Source of the DNA: Callorhinchus milii
Taxonomy: Eukaryota
NCBI RefSeq assembly: GCF_018977255.1
Contig: NW_024704742.1
Span: 15,998,001-16,062,000 of the forward strand
DNA length: 64,000 nucleotides
Direction of reading: 5' to 3'
This document shows positions 51,395-64,000 of this stretch, piece by piece. The position numbers and the translations under genes were made by a program. Within the stretch, counting starts at the first letter, position 1; every line of letters starts with the position of its first letter. The notes under the pieces are model-generated. The model was not told the origin of the DNA. It did not search any database and worked only from the letters and a program-made list of their open reading frames with translations.

Positions 51395-52023
51395 GTGTGG
51401 TTCGATCCCCAGCCTTCCTTTCTACCCCACCTCCGTCACATTGCCTGCCTCAATCCGTACCTCACTTCCACAGCAGCCAAAACCCTTGTCCATGCCTTTG
51501 TCACTTCCCGGCTGGACTATTCCAATGCCCTCCTTGCTGGCCTCCCCAGCTCCATCATACACAAAATTCAACTAATTCAAAACTCCGCCGCCCCGATACT
51601 CATCCGCACAAAACTCTGCACCTCCATCAAACTAGGCTCCACTGGCTCCCAATCACCAAATGGATTGATTTCAAGATCCTCTCACTCATTTTCAAATCCC
51701 TTCATGCCCTCCGCACCTCCCTACCTATCCGATCTGTTTACCGCCCACTCCACCACCAGCTGTTTCCATTTGACTGGCTCCAGCCTCCTGTTTATCCCTC
51801 ATCCATCATGCCCAGAGGTTCTGGAACTCTCTCCCTCAATCCCTCCACCCTGCCTCCTCCCTCCCCACTTTCAAATCCTGCCTAAAGACCTTCCTTTATG
51901 ATCATGCTTTCGGTCACCTCATCCCTTCCCTCGCCCCAGGCTCTAGGTCAGACTCCACCATTGTCAAGCGCTCCAAGACTCTACCCCGTGTGATGGGGAT
52001 TGGATAAATGCAAGTTATTGTTG
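51395..52023 (+). mobile_element. L2 subfamily-2 ORF2 C-terminal fragment
   Basis: AKTLVHAFVTSRLDYSNALLAGLP...LHWLPITKWIDFKIL. Confidence 0.95.
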
Positions 52024-55000
52024 TGTGCAAAGTGACCGCTCCATTCACAGTGGTTATGGGGTAAGTAACTAGAGTGTGAATGTCCAAACTGCCAGAAATA
52101 GTCCAATAATTTAATTATGTTGAGATAAAAAGTTTCAGATCATTAGGTATATTGTTGTACAGCTAACAATACAGCCTGGTAATGTCACAATGTTTACATC
52201 TCAGCGTGTGACATTACACATTCCTAATTTTTGGGTAGAGGTTGTGAAGAAAAAAAACTATACATTTTCTATCCCTTGGGTAGTATATAATTGATGGAGA
52301 AACCTTTGCAGATAAATTCACAGAATAATATGGCTAAACTGGGCTGTTCATTGCATATTAAAGCTGTCGAATTCCACTTTTAAAGTGGAGTGCTTGTCAT
52401 GTTTCTGTCTTTGAGACAGTGAAGTACATCAATGCCTGCATAATGCCTTTGATTTTACTCAAGATGACAGCTGAATTTAGATCAGCTGGAGAAGCATTCC
52501 TGAAAAACATTGAATTGTATTTATCTTTTGTTTGCCCACTTTGAACCATAAACAAAATCATAATGGATGTCAATTGTGTGCATAGTAATTAATTTAGATG
52601 CAACTGGACCCATCATGTCTTTTAGGAGGTAAAGAAAACAACAGTAATAAGTACAATGTTACATTCATATTGTGTGTTTTGGGTCAGGAGGATGCCTTAA
52701 ATTGCTTCATAGAGTCAACTGGGAGCTGAGTTGAGGAAGGTGGGGTAGAAAGGTGACCAAAAGAGTAGTCAAAAAGAAAGAAAGGAGGGAGGGGGTGTTG
52801 ATGGCAGCTTTGAAAGGGGTTATTTTCTTCTGTTGCCCCTGGTAGTTTTCCAGGACAATAGTGCAGTTGGAATCACCTTCTACAATGACCTATAGCAGTT
52901 TGGAATGCATATATATTGGGTTTGCTCATCTCAGTCTGCAATAGAAATTCTGATCCTTCAAAAATCTGTAGGCAAATGCTTTATCAGCTATTCAATAATG
53001 TATCCAATTCTTTCGTAAGTTTGAAGAATATTGTTAAGTGACGTAGGGCACAATAAATATTATAAAATGCAAGGATAATATATTCATAAATTTCCAACGA
53101 AAGAATTTCTTACCCTCACTTTGCTCAAATAAATTTCCAATTAAGTATATATGCATTTTGTTCTGGTTTTGATAGAGTTGAACCTGATATTGCTTGAAAC
53201 ATAATGGAGAAATTCAACCTGGGTACATTTGCTATTATTGTGTAGCATTTGTGAGCATCCAGAATTTGGCAAATTGTTGAATTCTGTGTTCATTTTGAAG
53301 TTGTTTTCCTGTAAGTTCTTTGAAGAAAAATAACTTGAATATCACAGCTAAAAATAAAAGAAGATTGTATTTAAGAATTTGCCAAATTCTGGACACAAAT
53401 GGAACAAATTTAGATCAAGATGTAACTTCTCCTCCTCCACCTGTCTCAATTGTTGATAAGATTTTGGACTTTTCCCTGTTTTACAGAACAGCACTATCAG
53501 TATTACTGTAACAGCAGAAGGAGATAGTTTATGAAACGCACAATAGTAACAGCGATTTTATAAAATATCTTGTTAGTGCTTGCATATCTCATAACATTTC
53601 TCACTACCTGGTCCTGAGTGTATTTTTCACAATTTATTCAGTCTTTGTTATTACTGTTGATTACATGTGAGACTATAACTCCCCAGTTTGGCTTTTCAAC
53701 AACTACTTTTGCGATTGTCTCTAAAATGTTGCAGAATTGGAACAGACACTATTATTTGCTTGTATTCACAATGACATTTATTTGTGTGTAAAAAGCAAGA
53801 GTTATAGCCTCTTTGAGTTTTTCTCTGTTACTAGTAAATGCAGCATTGTATGTACAGAACATTTAACTCCTTGATAATAAAATCATAATGTTGAACAATT
53901 GAGATAACAACATATTTTGTCACCATGTTATACAATATTATTCAGTGATTAGAATTAATTGTAACACTCAAAAAGAAGAATTTCAGCTAGTATAGTTGAG
54001 GCAGAGACTATAAGCTATTTCCCCTGGCTTGAATTCAGGGCTTGAATCACATTTTATTCAGTATTACCAAGATTGCACATCATATGCAAATACCCGTCTG
54101 AAATATAATAGGATTAAGTACTGAATAGGTGTATTAGCAATATAGCAATACCAAAATCCACTTAACGTCTGTTGAATGAAATTACTGCTTGCCATTCACG
54201 GTGCTTTAGGAAATTTCCTACCCCCATCTGGCACAACCACTTCATCTGTTCTCTCATGAGAACAAGCCTTCTAATACAACATTCTCCAGGGTTCTCATGA
54301 TTGCGGAAATTGAGCCAACAAAAAAGGAGGAAATTGCATTTCAAACTAAAGAAAAGAAGGTGAAGGACAAATCTTACTTAAATATTCAAAGGGCATAAAT
54401 ACACCGAATCCTGAACAAGAATACATGGACTCGAGTTCAGAAGAGAGAAGGTGAAGGGCAGTTCAGATTTAATTATTTTAGGCAAAGCACATAATCCAGG
54501 GAGGCAGACTGCGTCACTAAATTGAGAAGAGAATTAGCTCACTATTTAATGAGAGGTAGGATCATTTATATTTCAATCACAGGACAACAGTGATTTTTAT
54601 GGTCCTGTAAATTTGTATATTTCCATGTACCTGTGTATCAAAACTGAAGTGAAAACAAAGCAGTATTCAGGCAAAATATCTGTTGGGACATGATTGCACA
54701 TTTTTATGATGTGATTTCGTACCAGACAGTAAAGATGTTACGCCTTTGGCAAATTGACCCTGTTTTGTACACATATCAAAAAAAAGGAACTATTTTGGAG
54801 TTTCCACCCTTTTCCGAGGCTTGCAGTTCAGGTGCAGCTTAAAAGTGCAACTAAATACGTTCAGTTTGATTTAGAAATTGGCCTCAGTCAAGGATTGTAG
54901 ACAGTTGGTTAAAAATTAACACTCATCTGAATGCTCAAATTTAATTTAGCCATGTCTGGTTTGACAGACACTTTGACATATCGGTTTCACTGAATGTCAG

Positions 55001-56369
55001 ATTAACATAAGAATTTTTAGAAGTAGTAGCTGCAAAATGCTGATCCGCTCATAGTTATTATCAATTTATAAAAAGCCCGGAAATGCTGCAGGGAAAGATG
55101 AGTAAAAATGTGGAATTCCTGTCTCTCTTGTTTCACAAGTATATATTGTGTACATTAGTATTTAAAAAGTAACATTGCAAAGTTTTAACCCTGTAATCAA
55201 ATATTCTCAGGGTAAAACTGAATTGTCCTAGAATAATCAGACATTGTAACTAGTCAGCCACAGAGTGGCGCCTTTGGAGAGCTTATACATCTTTTGTCAC
55301 CAGTTTGTCACCGATTAACCAAAAGCACATGTTGAGTTGTGATAATAGCCTTCCCCGGAATGGGAAATGAGTGGTGTAATAAGCGATGAATGTGGTTTGA
55401 TGCGCTCTAAGATTACCTTGTGCTTTGCACCTTCACAGTATCACAGTAAGAATCACAGTAAGAATAAACACTCCCCATTTCTTGTGATCAGAGAAAAGAA
55501 AATGTTTTCATAAATAATTATTGCCATTTCTTTAGTCACTTAATATTTGGGGGAACAAATATATCGTGGAATTGTAGTATTAGCAAAGCTCTTCATTTGT
55601 AAAGACATATTCAAAGCAGCCCTGTCGAAAACTGTGCTTCCGAAGTATAAGCATAAACCTGCAAACCGTGTATTAAGCACCATAAAACCATAAAACCATC
55701 TATCAATTCACACTGAAAGGTGATATTATGGTGTTTAATAATACAGAACTTGCAGGATGAATACTGCTCTGTTTTTACTCTTCAATTTTGATACATGGGA
55801 ACATAGAATTATTGAAATACTATAAAATCATTGTGATCAATCAAGTCAGTCCTATCATTTTTAAAAATATATATAAATCACCACCTTAGAGATAAAGCTA
55901 TAACCTAATAGAACTGAAGGGAATTTTTGTAATCTCATTAGCAATTAAAGCTATAGATGTAAAATTTGCAATGAGTGACGTGATAATTACCAGATTATTG
56001 AAAATTGTGCTCAGGATCAGTCGATAATATATTTACTGGCCACAGTGAATCTCTCCCAGCCCCCATCACCACAAATGGCACATTGTTAATCTTGAAAAGA
56101 ATTAAGACTTGAAAAGAAAAGTTTTGAAACAGAGTTTGATATGGTTACAACAAGGACAACAAATTTTACAGTTATTACATTTATATAACGTCTTTCACTT
56201 CAGGAGGTCAGTCCGCAGCGTTAGGATTTAGTAAAATAAGATAAAGTTATTTAACATTATCAACAAATAGAGTGAAAAAAAATAATTTTTTTTTTAAATC
56301 AGACAGCTGCCTAGAGGATATCTGTCATGGGTAAGTTTAACCCCTCTACAATAACAATAGTGCAGCTCG

Positions 56370-56530
56370 ATGCCAAGTCAGGGGGAGGGGAAAGGTGACT
56401 ATAGGCATGGTCGAAGAGGAAGGTCTTCAGGCACAACCGGAAAATGGGAAAGAGGGGGCAAAGCGGAGGGATTGAGGGAGGGAGTTCCATAGCTTCGGGG
56501 CGTAGTGGCTGAAGGCAGGACCGCTGATGT
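56370..56530 (-). mobile_element. L2 3' fragment
   Basis: Encodes LKTFLFDHAY. Confidence 0.85.
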
Positions 56531-57514
56531 CTGCCTCTAAGACCATTTTGATTTAACATGTACCTGGGTCTTGTGGTGGACACCAACCTTTGCTTGGACA
56601 CTATCCTGAAGGGAGGTGCAGAGAAGGGGCGAAGAACACTTGTGGTTTTGCTTGTCTCTCTTCAAGGACATCATGTGGAAGACTCCCGGCCAACCCCCAA
56701 AAAATTTAAATCTGCAAAATATTGTTTTTCAAATGAAGTCTAAAATCAAGAATGTTTTTCAATTCTACACAATCTTAAATTTTAAGTATAAATTGGCCTA
56801 AGACAAGGTGGAATTTGGGGGTTTAGGATCTTAACATTCCTAATTTTGCTTTTACTGCAAAATGACTACTCTCGAGGAGACTAACTTTTATCTACAGACA
56901 TCCATTTATAGGTAATCACAGAATATGACAGCCATAACTTTGCTACTTAGGCCACTTTGTCTGTAATAGATCTTGTTTTGTTTTGTAAGACTTAAGGTGC
57001 AACGGAATCTAACTTGCAGTCTAAATGATGAGACCTCTTACATATTGAATATGATTTATCAAGATGTGCTGAACCAAATCCTTCCGACACCACTTAAAGC
57101 TAACATCCTGCAGTCAGATCTCAGATAATGGCTTTCAAGTAATGGTTAGAGGGATCATAGCTTTGACAAGAACTGAGAAGAAGGAGTAGTAAGCATGAAG
57201 GTTGCTGTAGTGCAGTGGATACAGGAAGACATGAGTTTCAGGACAATAATTTTTCATAACATTTTAGAAATCAGTAGTTTACTAAGGGAAATTTTAAGAT
57301 ATAGCTGGAATGGATTCTTGCCCACAAAAGTACAGTAAAAACAAATAATTAAGTTTAACAGTGCAAAAAATAAAGAGACCTGAAATTTCATCCCGTCTTC
57401 ACCTACAACATCATGTTATCTTAAAATTTAAGATTGCACAGTTTTGAAAAAAAATCTTCAATTTTAATTTGGAAGTTGGTTCTTATCAAGGATTGTGAAA
57501 CCACAGCCTCTAAC

Positions 57515-57822
57515 GTGGAGTCATGTAGCTCAGTGACTAGAGCACTCGCCTTGTAAGCGAGACACCTGGGTTCAATTCCAGGCAGGGCGAAACCTTGGGC
57601 AAGTTTCCTTACTCCAAACGCCTAATAATGATCTCTCCAAAACAATAATAAATTGGTCATTTTCAAACCACGACTGTTTGTGGACACTGCTGTGCGCAAT
57701 TGGCTGCCGCGTTTTGCCCACAAATATACAGTCAATTCACTTTACAGTCTATTTTGTGAAGCGTTTTGAGATGTCGAGAAGACATGAAAAGCGCTATAGC
57801 AAATGCAAAGATTATTATTATT
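57515..57822 (+). mobile_element. SINE-A, short form
   Basis: Full length; tail loop GAGAA. Confidence 0.95.
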
Positions 57823-59342
57823 AAATTAAGATTGAATTAAGAATTGTTCACAATTCCTGGCAATCTTAAACTTAAAGATAAAGCGGTCTTGCAGGCTAAG
57901 GCAGGTAGAATTTTGGGCTTAATGTATTCTGGTCACTGCTCCATTATACAGTTACAGGTAATGTATCTCAAGGATTACCAACTGCAACTCTTTTGCTGTG
58001 AGTAAGTAAGAGAGAGCTAGAGTCAGAACAATCATAAGGAAAAAATAGCAGAAAATAACCTAAGCTAGCTACAATTTTTTAAAAATAGCTGAAGGTTTCC
58101 TACATCCTGAACAGTTCTGTAGAGTTCATCCACAAACTGGAATCATGTAAGAATCATGTAACTGAGCACATGTGTCAGTCTCAACAATCTCCTGTCTAAA
58201 TGCGTCATCATCAAGAGCAATAAATGTTAGGAGCTCCTGTCAAAGTCCATGAGCAAGAAAATGTTGTATTAATTATGTGACTATTCAATGGCCAGAAATG
58301 TGGTTGTCCCAAAGACATCCAAGATGCTGTTGGATTTGAGACAGTAAGTCATCTGAATGGTTGGGCCTGGACCTGTGGCTTGTGTATCTCACCAGGATGA
58401 TGATTGATTGCAGAAAGATCCATGGTGCTTTGTCTAAAAAGATTGATACTATTCTTAACCAAAAGAGTAAATCTTTCACAGAGCATAATATTTTATCCAT
58501 ACTTTACCTGTTTGACTAAAATTATGGCTCAGATGTCCAAATCTAAAATAATAATATTTGTTGCATTTTACATTTTAATCTGAACATTGTCAGATTTAAT
58601 TCTTGCATTTGATATTGTACCTTTCACATTGGAAGGATGTTTCAAAGCGCTTTGCAGGATTTTTGCACAGTGGAGTGACTGTGTAGTGACATCTACAAAA
58701 TACAAATATGAAAGGAAATAGAGGCAATACTTGACATAAGTGAATAAATCAAATAACCAGTTGAGGATTTATTCAGAGAGCATGAAACTTTAGGCAGTAA
58801 GTAACTCCTGCTCACTCCACCTGTTCCCATAGACACTAAAATATGCACGGATTTCAAAATAAGTTAATTTGCATTGTGAGACATCCTCCAAATTTAAAAG
58901 ACATTAAATAAATGTAAATTGTATTGTAACTCGTACTGACCTAGAGTAGAATTTCCTGTCACTTGTGAAAATGCAACAGAAGTTATATTAGAAGGAATAT
59001 ATATATATACTATATGTAACAAGATTACATCATTTATAGAAAGGTTAATTGAACAAAGTTCATGACAACTATCAGATGGATCTCTTCTAATCATCAGCAG
59101 AGTGCTGTTAAATCTGCAGTGGTTTGAAATATCTATTATGTGGCATCTGCAGAGCAGCCCTTCGAGTAAAGATTTAACAGCAAAGAAATGTTTAAAAATA
59201 AAAATGTGGAATGGATTGGGATGGGTACTGTACACTCAAACTATTTTACCCTTACTGTGACCTTCATGTTCAATCATTTTTAAGTATGAACACACATATA
59301 GACACTCGCTCAGAATTTTAAAAAAACTAGACCTTAAAGTAT

Positions 59343-59775
59343 GTCAACTGGCTCAGTTGCTAACACTTTCGCTTCTTAGTCAGAGGTTTGTGGGTTCAAG
59401 ATTTGAGTTGGAGTTGGAGTCCTGTAGCTTATTGGTTAGACCACTCGCCTCGCAAGCGAGTGGACCTGGGTTTGATTCCTGGGCAGGGCGAAACCTTAGG
59501 CACATTTCCTTACTCCACACGCCTCTGTTTATCTAGCAGTAAGTAGGACCCCAGTTTTTCCATTAATAATCCCTTCAAATTTTTTTAAAAAAATAATAGT
59601 AATTTGGTCACTCAATCCATGAATGTTTGTGGGGTACAAATATACAGTCAATTCAGTTTACAGTATATTCTGTGAATCACTATGAGACATCTCGAAGATG
59701 TGATAATGCGCTATATCAAATGCAAGGATTACTATTATTATTATCAAAATCTAGGCTGACGCTCCAAAGCAGTGG
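59343..59775 (+). mobile_element. SINE-B 5' part interrupted by SINE-A
   Basis: Head at 59343-59410 resumes at 59745 with 'caaaatctaggctgacgctccaaagcagt'. Confidence 0.85.
59416..59744 (+). mobile_element. SINE-A, intermediate form retaining the CORE-like segment
   Basis: 'cacacgcctctgtttatctagcagtaagtaggacc' retained; downstream spacer shortened. Confidence 0.93.
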
Positions 59776-59799
59776 ACCCAACTCCTTTATTTGCTAAGC

Positions 59800-60070
59800 A
59801 AATACTGGGTTGCTTTATGTCCTCCTGTCTATCCACCCCACAGGCAAGCTTTCAACTGTTCTGCCCAGCTCTCTGGAACTCCATCCCAAAGACCCTTTGA
59901 GTCTCTCTTTTTTTCCCTGTGTTCCCTGTGTTCAAGACCTGCCTCAAGACATACATAATTTTTTGTGCTTTCAGTCTTCTTTCCACTTTATTTGGTTCCA
60001 ATCACTGCCCAGCCATCACCTGCGGTTTCAGTATACCTCTGAACATGAACGGTGCTGTATAAATGTTAAT
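59800..60070 (+). mobile_element. Degraded L2 3' fragment
   Basis: 'ctctggaactccatccc...ttcaagacctgcctcaagac...gctgtataaatg'. Confidence 0.75.
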
Positions 60071-60444
60071 TATATAGTCAGTTGCCCTTTCTTTAAAACC
60101 AGTGGTCAGCTTGTGGGAAATTGGAGACACAGAATAAGTAAAGATAAGTCCTGAATATAGCAAGACTGGTACTAATTTAAGGAATTTGGAACATATGTAT
60201 GCATATTCCTAAAACTATTCTTTGTGTTAATTAACACAACACAAGGAACGCATTAAGGAATATTGCAATTTTGCCATATTGGGAGGAGAGGATTATTTGG
60301 GAGCAGTTCAGAGGAAGGAGAGTTGTTGTAAGAATTATCAATCACTTTACAAGAATGTATGAACTGCAGAAATTGATGCTAAATTGTCATTTCTGAAGGC
60401 AGAAGAAATAAAACTCCAGGATGACCACACTTCACAGAAAAAGA

Positions 60445-60568
60445 ATAATAATCCATCCATTTGATACAGTGACTTGTCACGTCATCAAGACGTCTCAAAG
60501 AGTTTCACAGGACACACGGTAAAGTTGTGCGACTGTGAATGTTTTGATGGTTGAATATGACAGCCAAC
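60445..60568 (-). mobile_element. SINE 3' tail fragment
   Basis: 'cacgtcatcaagacgtctcaaag'. Confidence 0.75.
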
Positions 60569-61254
60569 AAAGTCAAATGAGCTCGGGTGGCAACCGCACT
60601 CCCTTTGACCCCAGTGCTTTTGCTCTGCTACAATAATTGGAATATAATGAGACAAAACACAGAGTTTACAAAAAAGGAAGCCTGAGAAGCCAAAGGAATT
60701 TCACCAAGCTGAGCCGAGCAGAGAATGAAAGAAGAAACGGAAAAGCACATAGTATGATTTCAATTAGTTTATGTTCATCTTTGAAGTTCAATTTGAACTA
60801 TTAATTGCCAATCCATAATGCTGTTGTAATCTCCATCATGTTTATTTTCTTCTCTACTCAGGGTAGGACAAGATGACGTCAACCAAAACAAAGATGTGTC
60901 TGTGGCTTTATTGAGCATACTGTGTTGTCATGGCATTCAACAATTTTTTTTGTTTACTGGATTATGGCAGCCAGGCAGAATAAACAATGGAGCACACATA
61001 GCGAGTAGAACAGGAATATGTTTGATTTAGAGGAGACAATTATAACAGTTACTTGTGAATTGGCACTAAGGTCGAGGTTGTATCTTATGCCAAAATTAAT
61101 TTAGAACACGTATTTCAACAAATCCAACAATCAGATTTAGGCAGGTATTGCTTACACTCTGACCTCTGATTGCCATTGCGAGGCAGGCACATGGAAATAT
61201 GCAAGTGTGAATTTCAAGTGAATTGTGAAACAGATCAGTGATATCAAAGAGCTA

Positions 61255-61688
61255 GAAGCCTATCTAACTCAGTAGGTAGGACTCTCGACTCTGTAATCGG
61301 AAGTTTTTAGGTTCAACCCTCACACCTCACATCGAGACTTTGAACTTGCAGTCCATGCTGACTTTCCAATGCTATGCATGGAAAATGCTGCATTGTTGGA
61401 GGTGCCATCCTGCTTATGATATATTAAACCAAGGTTCTGTTTGCTTGCCTAATGCACTACTCAAACAAAGCAGGGAGATTTTCCCATTATTGTGACCAAC
61501 AATCCCCCAGATAAAATTGGCTGCCATGTTTGCCTACAAAATATACTGTCACTACAATTTACAATGAATCCTGTGAAGTGCTTTTAAAATGTCTTCCTGG
61601 TGTGAAAGTCTGTATGTGACATATAACAACAAATTCACATTTACATAGCACCATTCACATTGTGAAATGCAAGGACTATTTGTTATTA
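61255..61688 (+). mobile_element. SINE-B, degraded full length
   Basis: Head, Deu core 'gcattgttggaggtgccatcc...ttaaaccaagg' and tail. Confidence 0.85.
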
Positions 61689-62419
61689 AACTGCTCAGCC
61701 CAGCACAATCCATTGCAACAAATTAAAGAAATTTAAAAATCACAAAACCAACTCAAAATATATATTTTTATCAACTGTTATTAGTATTTCAAAAATGCAT
61801 GATAATACATAGATTGGGTTTATGCAGAACCCTCCTTTATTTCAGCGAAATTCAATGATAGATCATTTTGCAAATCTGGATATTTACCTATTAGAAATGG
61901 TAACAATTATTGTAATTGCACCGCTTGTTAAATGAAAAATGACTGCAAGCTTGCTCATTACAGTAGGACATTTAAACCTATATGATCTTCTGTCTACCTA
62001 GCGGCTGTAGTCGCCACAAGCTCTATTCTAAAACTTCCTTTGCTTTGAACACATAATAAAATGGCATCTGTTTTGATACAGTTTCAACAGTTCAATTGAT
62101 TGTTTTCCTTTTTTTTCCCGAAAGGTCTGAAGATTGTGGCAAAGCAGATTAAACCCTCTGAGCAATAATGAATGTGTTGGGCATATGGGTGTCTTGCTTC
62201 TAATTTACAGACATCAATCCGAAGTGATAATAATTTCTTCACATTGAATCAATTTTCGGACTAATTTAAATGTGATAATTCATTGTTGTATGTTGTTCAG
62301 GTATTAAACGATTGACCAGTTGACACCCTAGTGTTTCCGATCTAGTCAAAATGAAGGGCTGTGAGGAACATATTTACTGAGATTACATTGTGCACCAAAC
62401 AGTTCAAATCTTTTACAGT

Positions 62420-62705
62420 TCCGGTCCGGCCCGCTCCACGATCGGCAGTCAGGCCTTCAGCCTTTCTGCCCCCACCCTTTGGAACTCCATCCCACATTCC
62501 CTTTGCCTCGCTCCCTCCCTTGCTTCCTTCTAGGCGCATCTCCAAACACTCCTCTTCGACCCGGGCCTTTGATGATCCTTCAACCCTCCCTGCCCTCCAC
62601 CTTCCCCGCTCCCGACCCCCAGCTTGGGTCCCTGACTGGCCAGTGCCTTGAGACGTCCTCCCGATGTGAAGACGCTATACAAATGTAATTTTGTATTGTA
62701 TTTTG
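62420..62705 (+). mobile_element. L2 3' fragment
   Basis: Homologous to 25470-25727; tail 'gagacgtcctcccgatgtgaagacgctatacaaatg'. Confidence 0.92.
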
Positions 62706-62899
62706 TAGCGTAATATAAGTAGGGTGCATCCTTCCAAGGAGAGAGTACGTATTCCATTCCAGACACAGGAACATTTCTATGTGTAGGTGGCATACATATG
62801 TGGAACACTCAGTCTGGTATGGATACCCAGACATCCAGTTGACCCCTAAAAAACTTATTGGGAAAGAAAAGAGAAACTGGAAAAGTAAAGCAGGAGGTT

Positions 62900-62966
62900 T
62901 TCAAAGCCTTGGGACATCCTCCCAACATGAAAGGCGCTATATAAATGTAAATTTGTAATTTGTTGC
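62900..62966 (+). mobile_element. L2 3' tail only
   Basis: 'gccttgggacatcctcccaacatgaaaggcgctatataaatg'. Confidence 0.85.
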
Positions 62967-64000
62967 AATATTATTTAAACCGTTTCATTTATATTAAAGT
63001 GTCAAGTGCAAGTATTTAAATTAATATTGCAGCAATAAAATTGCTCCTGGCATCTGCGTAATATTGTTTACTATAATATTAGTGATTTTTGCCAGTGTTA
63101 CTGTGTAGAAGCAGATACCGGTTTGCCATCTTTGCCATCTAACAGCAACTACAACATAATCTTTAGTAAGCTATTTCAGATTGTTACCTTCTGAGTTATT
63201 GCTTTTAGACCGTTCCTCTCATAATGCAACTTTTTCACTTCTATTATTGTCTCCAGTTTACTGTCGAGTTCTGCATGCAACATTGTAATGTACCCATGGT
63301 CACTAATGGTAGGTCAAAGAAGGCTCTGAATATACCAGTCCAACTGCCCTGGGACACACTTCAAAGCATTCTGCCGTGGTGTAATTAGAGCTAATAGTCA
63401 CTTCAGGCAATAGTCTGTGAAACAAGCAGTGTAATTTAAACTTAGGGTATGGCAGCAACAAACACGGTGGTCCTACAATTGGCCAACATCAGAAAGGGGA
63501 GAAAATGAAAAAGGTTCTGAATAAACAAACAGGCAAGATACTGATCAAGGGGGGTAATATTGGAGAGAAGCTGCGAATTTCAAAATTAGATTTCATGTGA
63601 TAATTACCCCATTGAATCTACTATGAAACATCACATTTTTCACTCCTTTATGAGGCATCAATGGAGTTGAAATTAATTGAATAGCAAACAAATAATATGC
63701 TTCCAAATTGTTATCCAAATTTTTTTTCTTGTCAAATCATTTCAAAAGTTATGTATAAGCAACATTTCCTAAAGAGAGTCTTTAACATACTCAAAAAGAA
63801 TGTTTTTTTTCCTTAAGTGAGAGTTTTTGAACATTACTGCATTGCACAAATGTTAAGATAGATTTTACCACACTAGATAGACTCAGTCAGTGTCTCATTT
63901 ATATATTATTTGCATTGCCACAGATACGATTTTGTTGCTGATTACCTCACTAATAGGGGTAGGGGTTACTAGATTTCTTAGTGAATTCATTCATTTTCTG

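Noticed and set aside
58285..58500. P2X-like FTLLVKNSI peptide
   Set aside because: Nine-residue resemblance only; the flanking translation does not fit.
1..64000. CRISPR array, operon or other prokaryotic system
   Set aside because: The sequence is vertebrate non-coding DNA; the repeats are dispersed retroelements, not regularly spaced repeat-spacer units.

Overview
AT-rich, CpG-poor vertebrate non-coding DNA, most likely a large intron or gene desert. The repeat content (Deu-domain SINEs, L2 and CR1 LINEs, an LF-SINE-like copy) points to a cartilaginous fish, probably a holocephalan such as elephant shark; this is inferred from repeat families, not tested. I found no host protein-coding gene I can recognise. 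Most long ORFs in the track are broken L2/CR1 ORF2 pieces or SINE translations. The window holds: (1) about 13 long copies of a tRNA-Ala-derived SINE ('SINE-A', my label) whose 3' tail is shared with L2; (2) an older SacSINE1-like DeuSINE ('SINE-B'); (3) two 5'-truncated L2 copies with about 1.7 kb of L2 sequence each, plus many short 3' fragments from two L2 subfamilies; (4) degraded CR1 fragments. The best observations are an apparent swap of the SINE 3' stem-loop's loop to match the local L2, a tRNA + CORE-like + Deu + L2-tail SINE architecture with progressive CORE loss, nested insertions joined at microhomologies, and an unexplained 84-nt hairpin. Boundaries were read by eye and are approximate for degraded copies. 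Family names come from recalled consensus sequences, not a database search.
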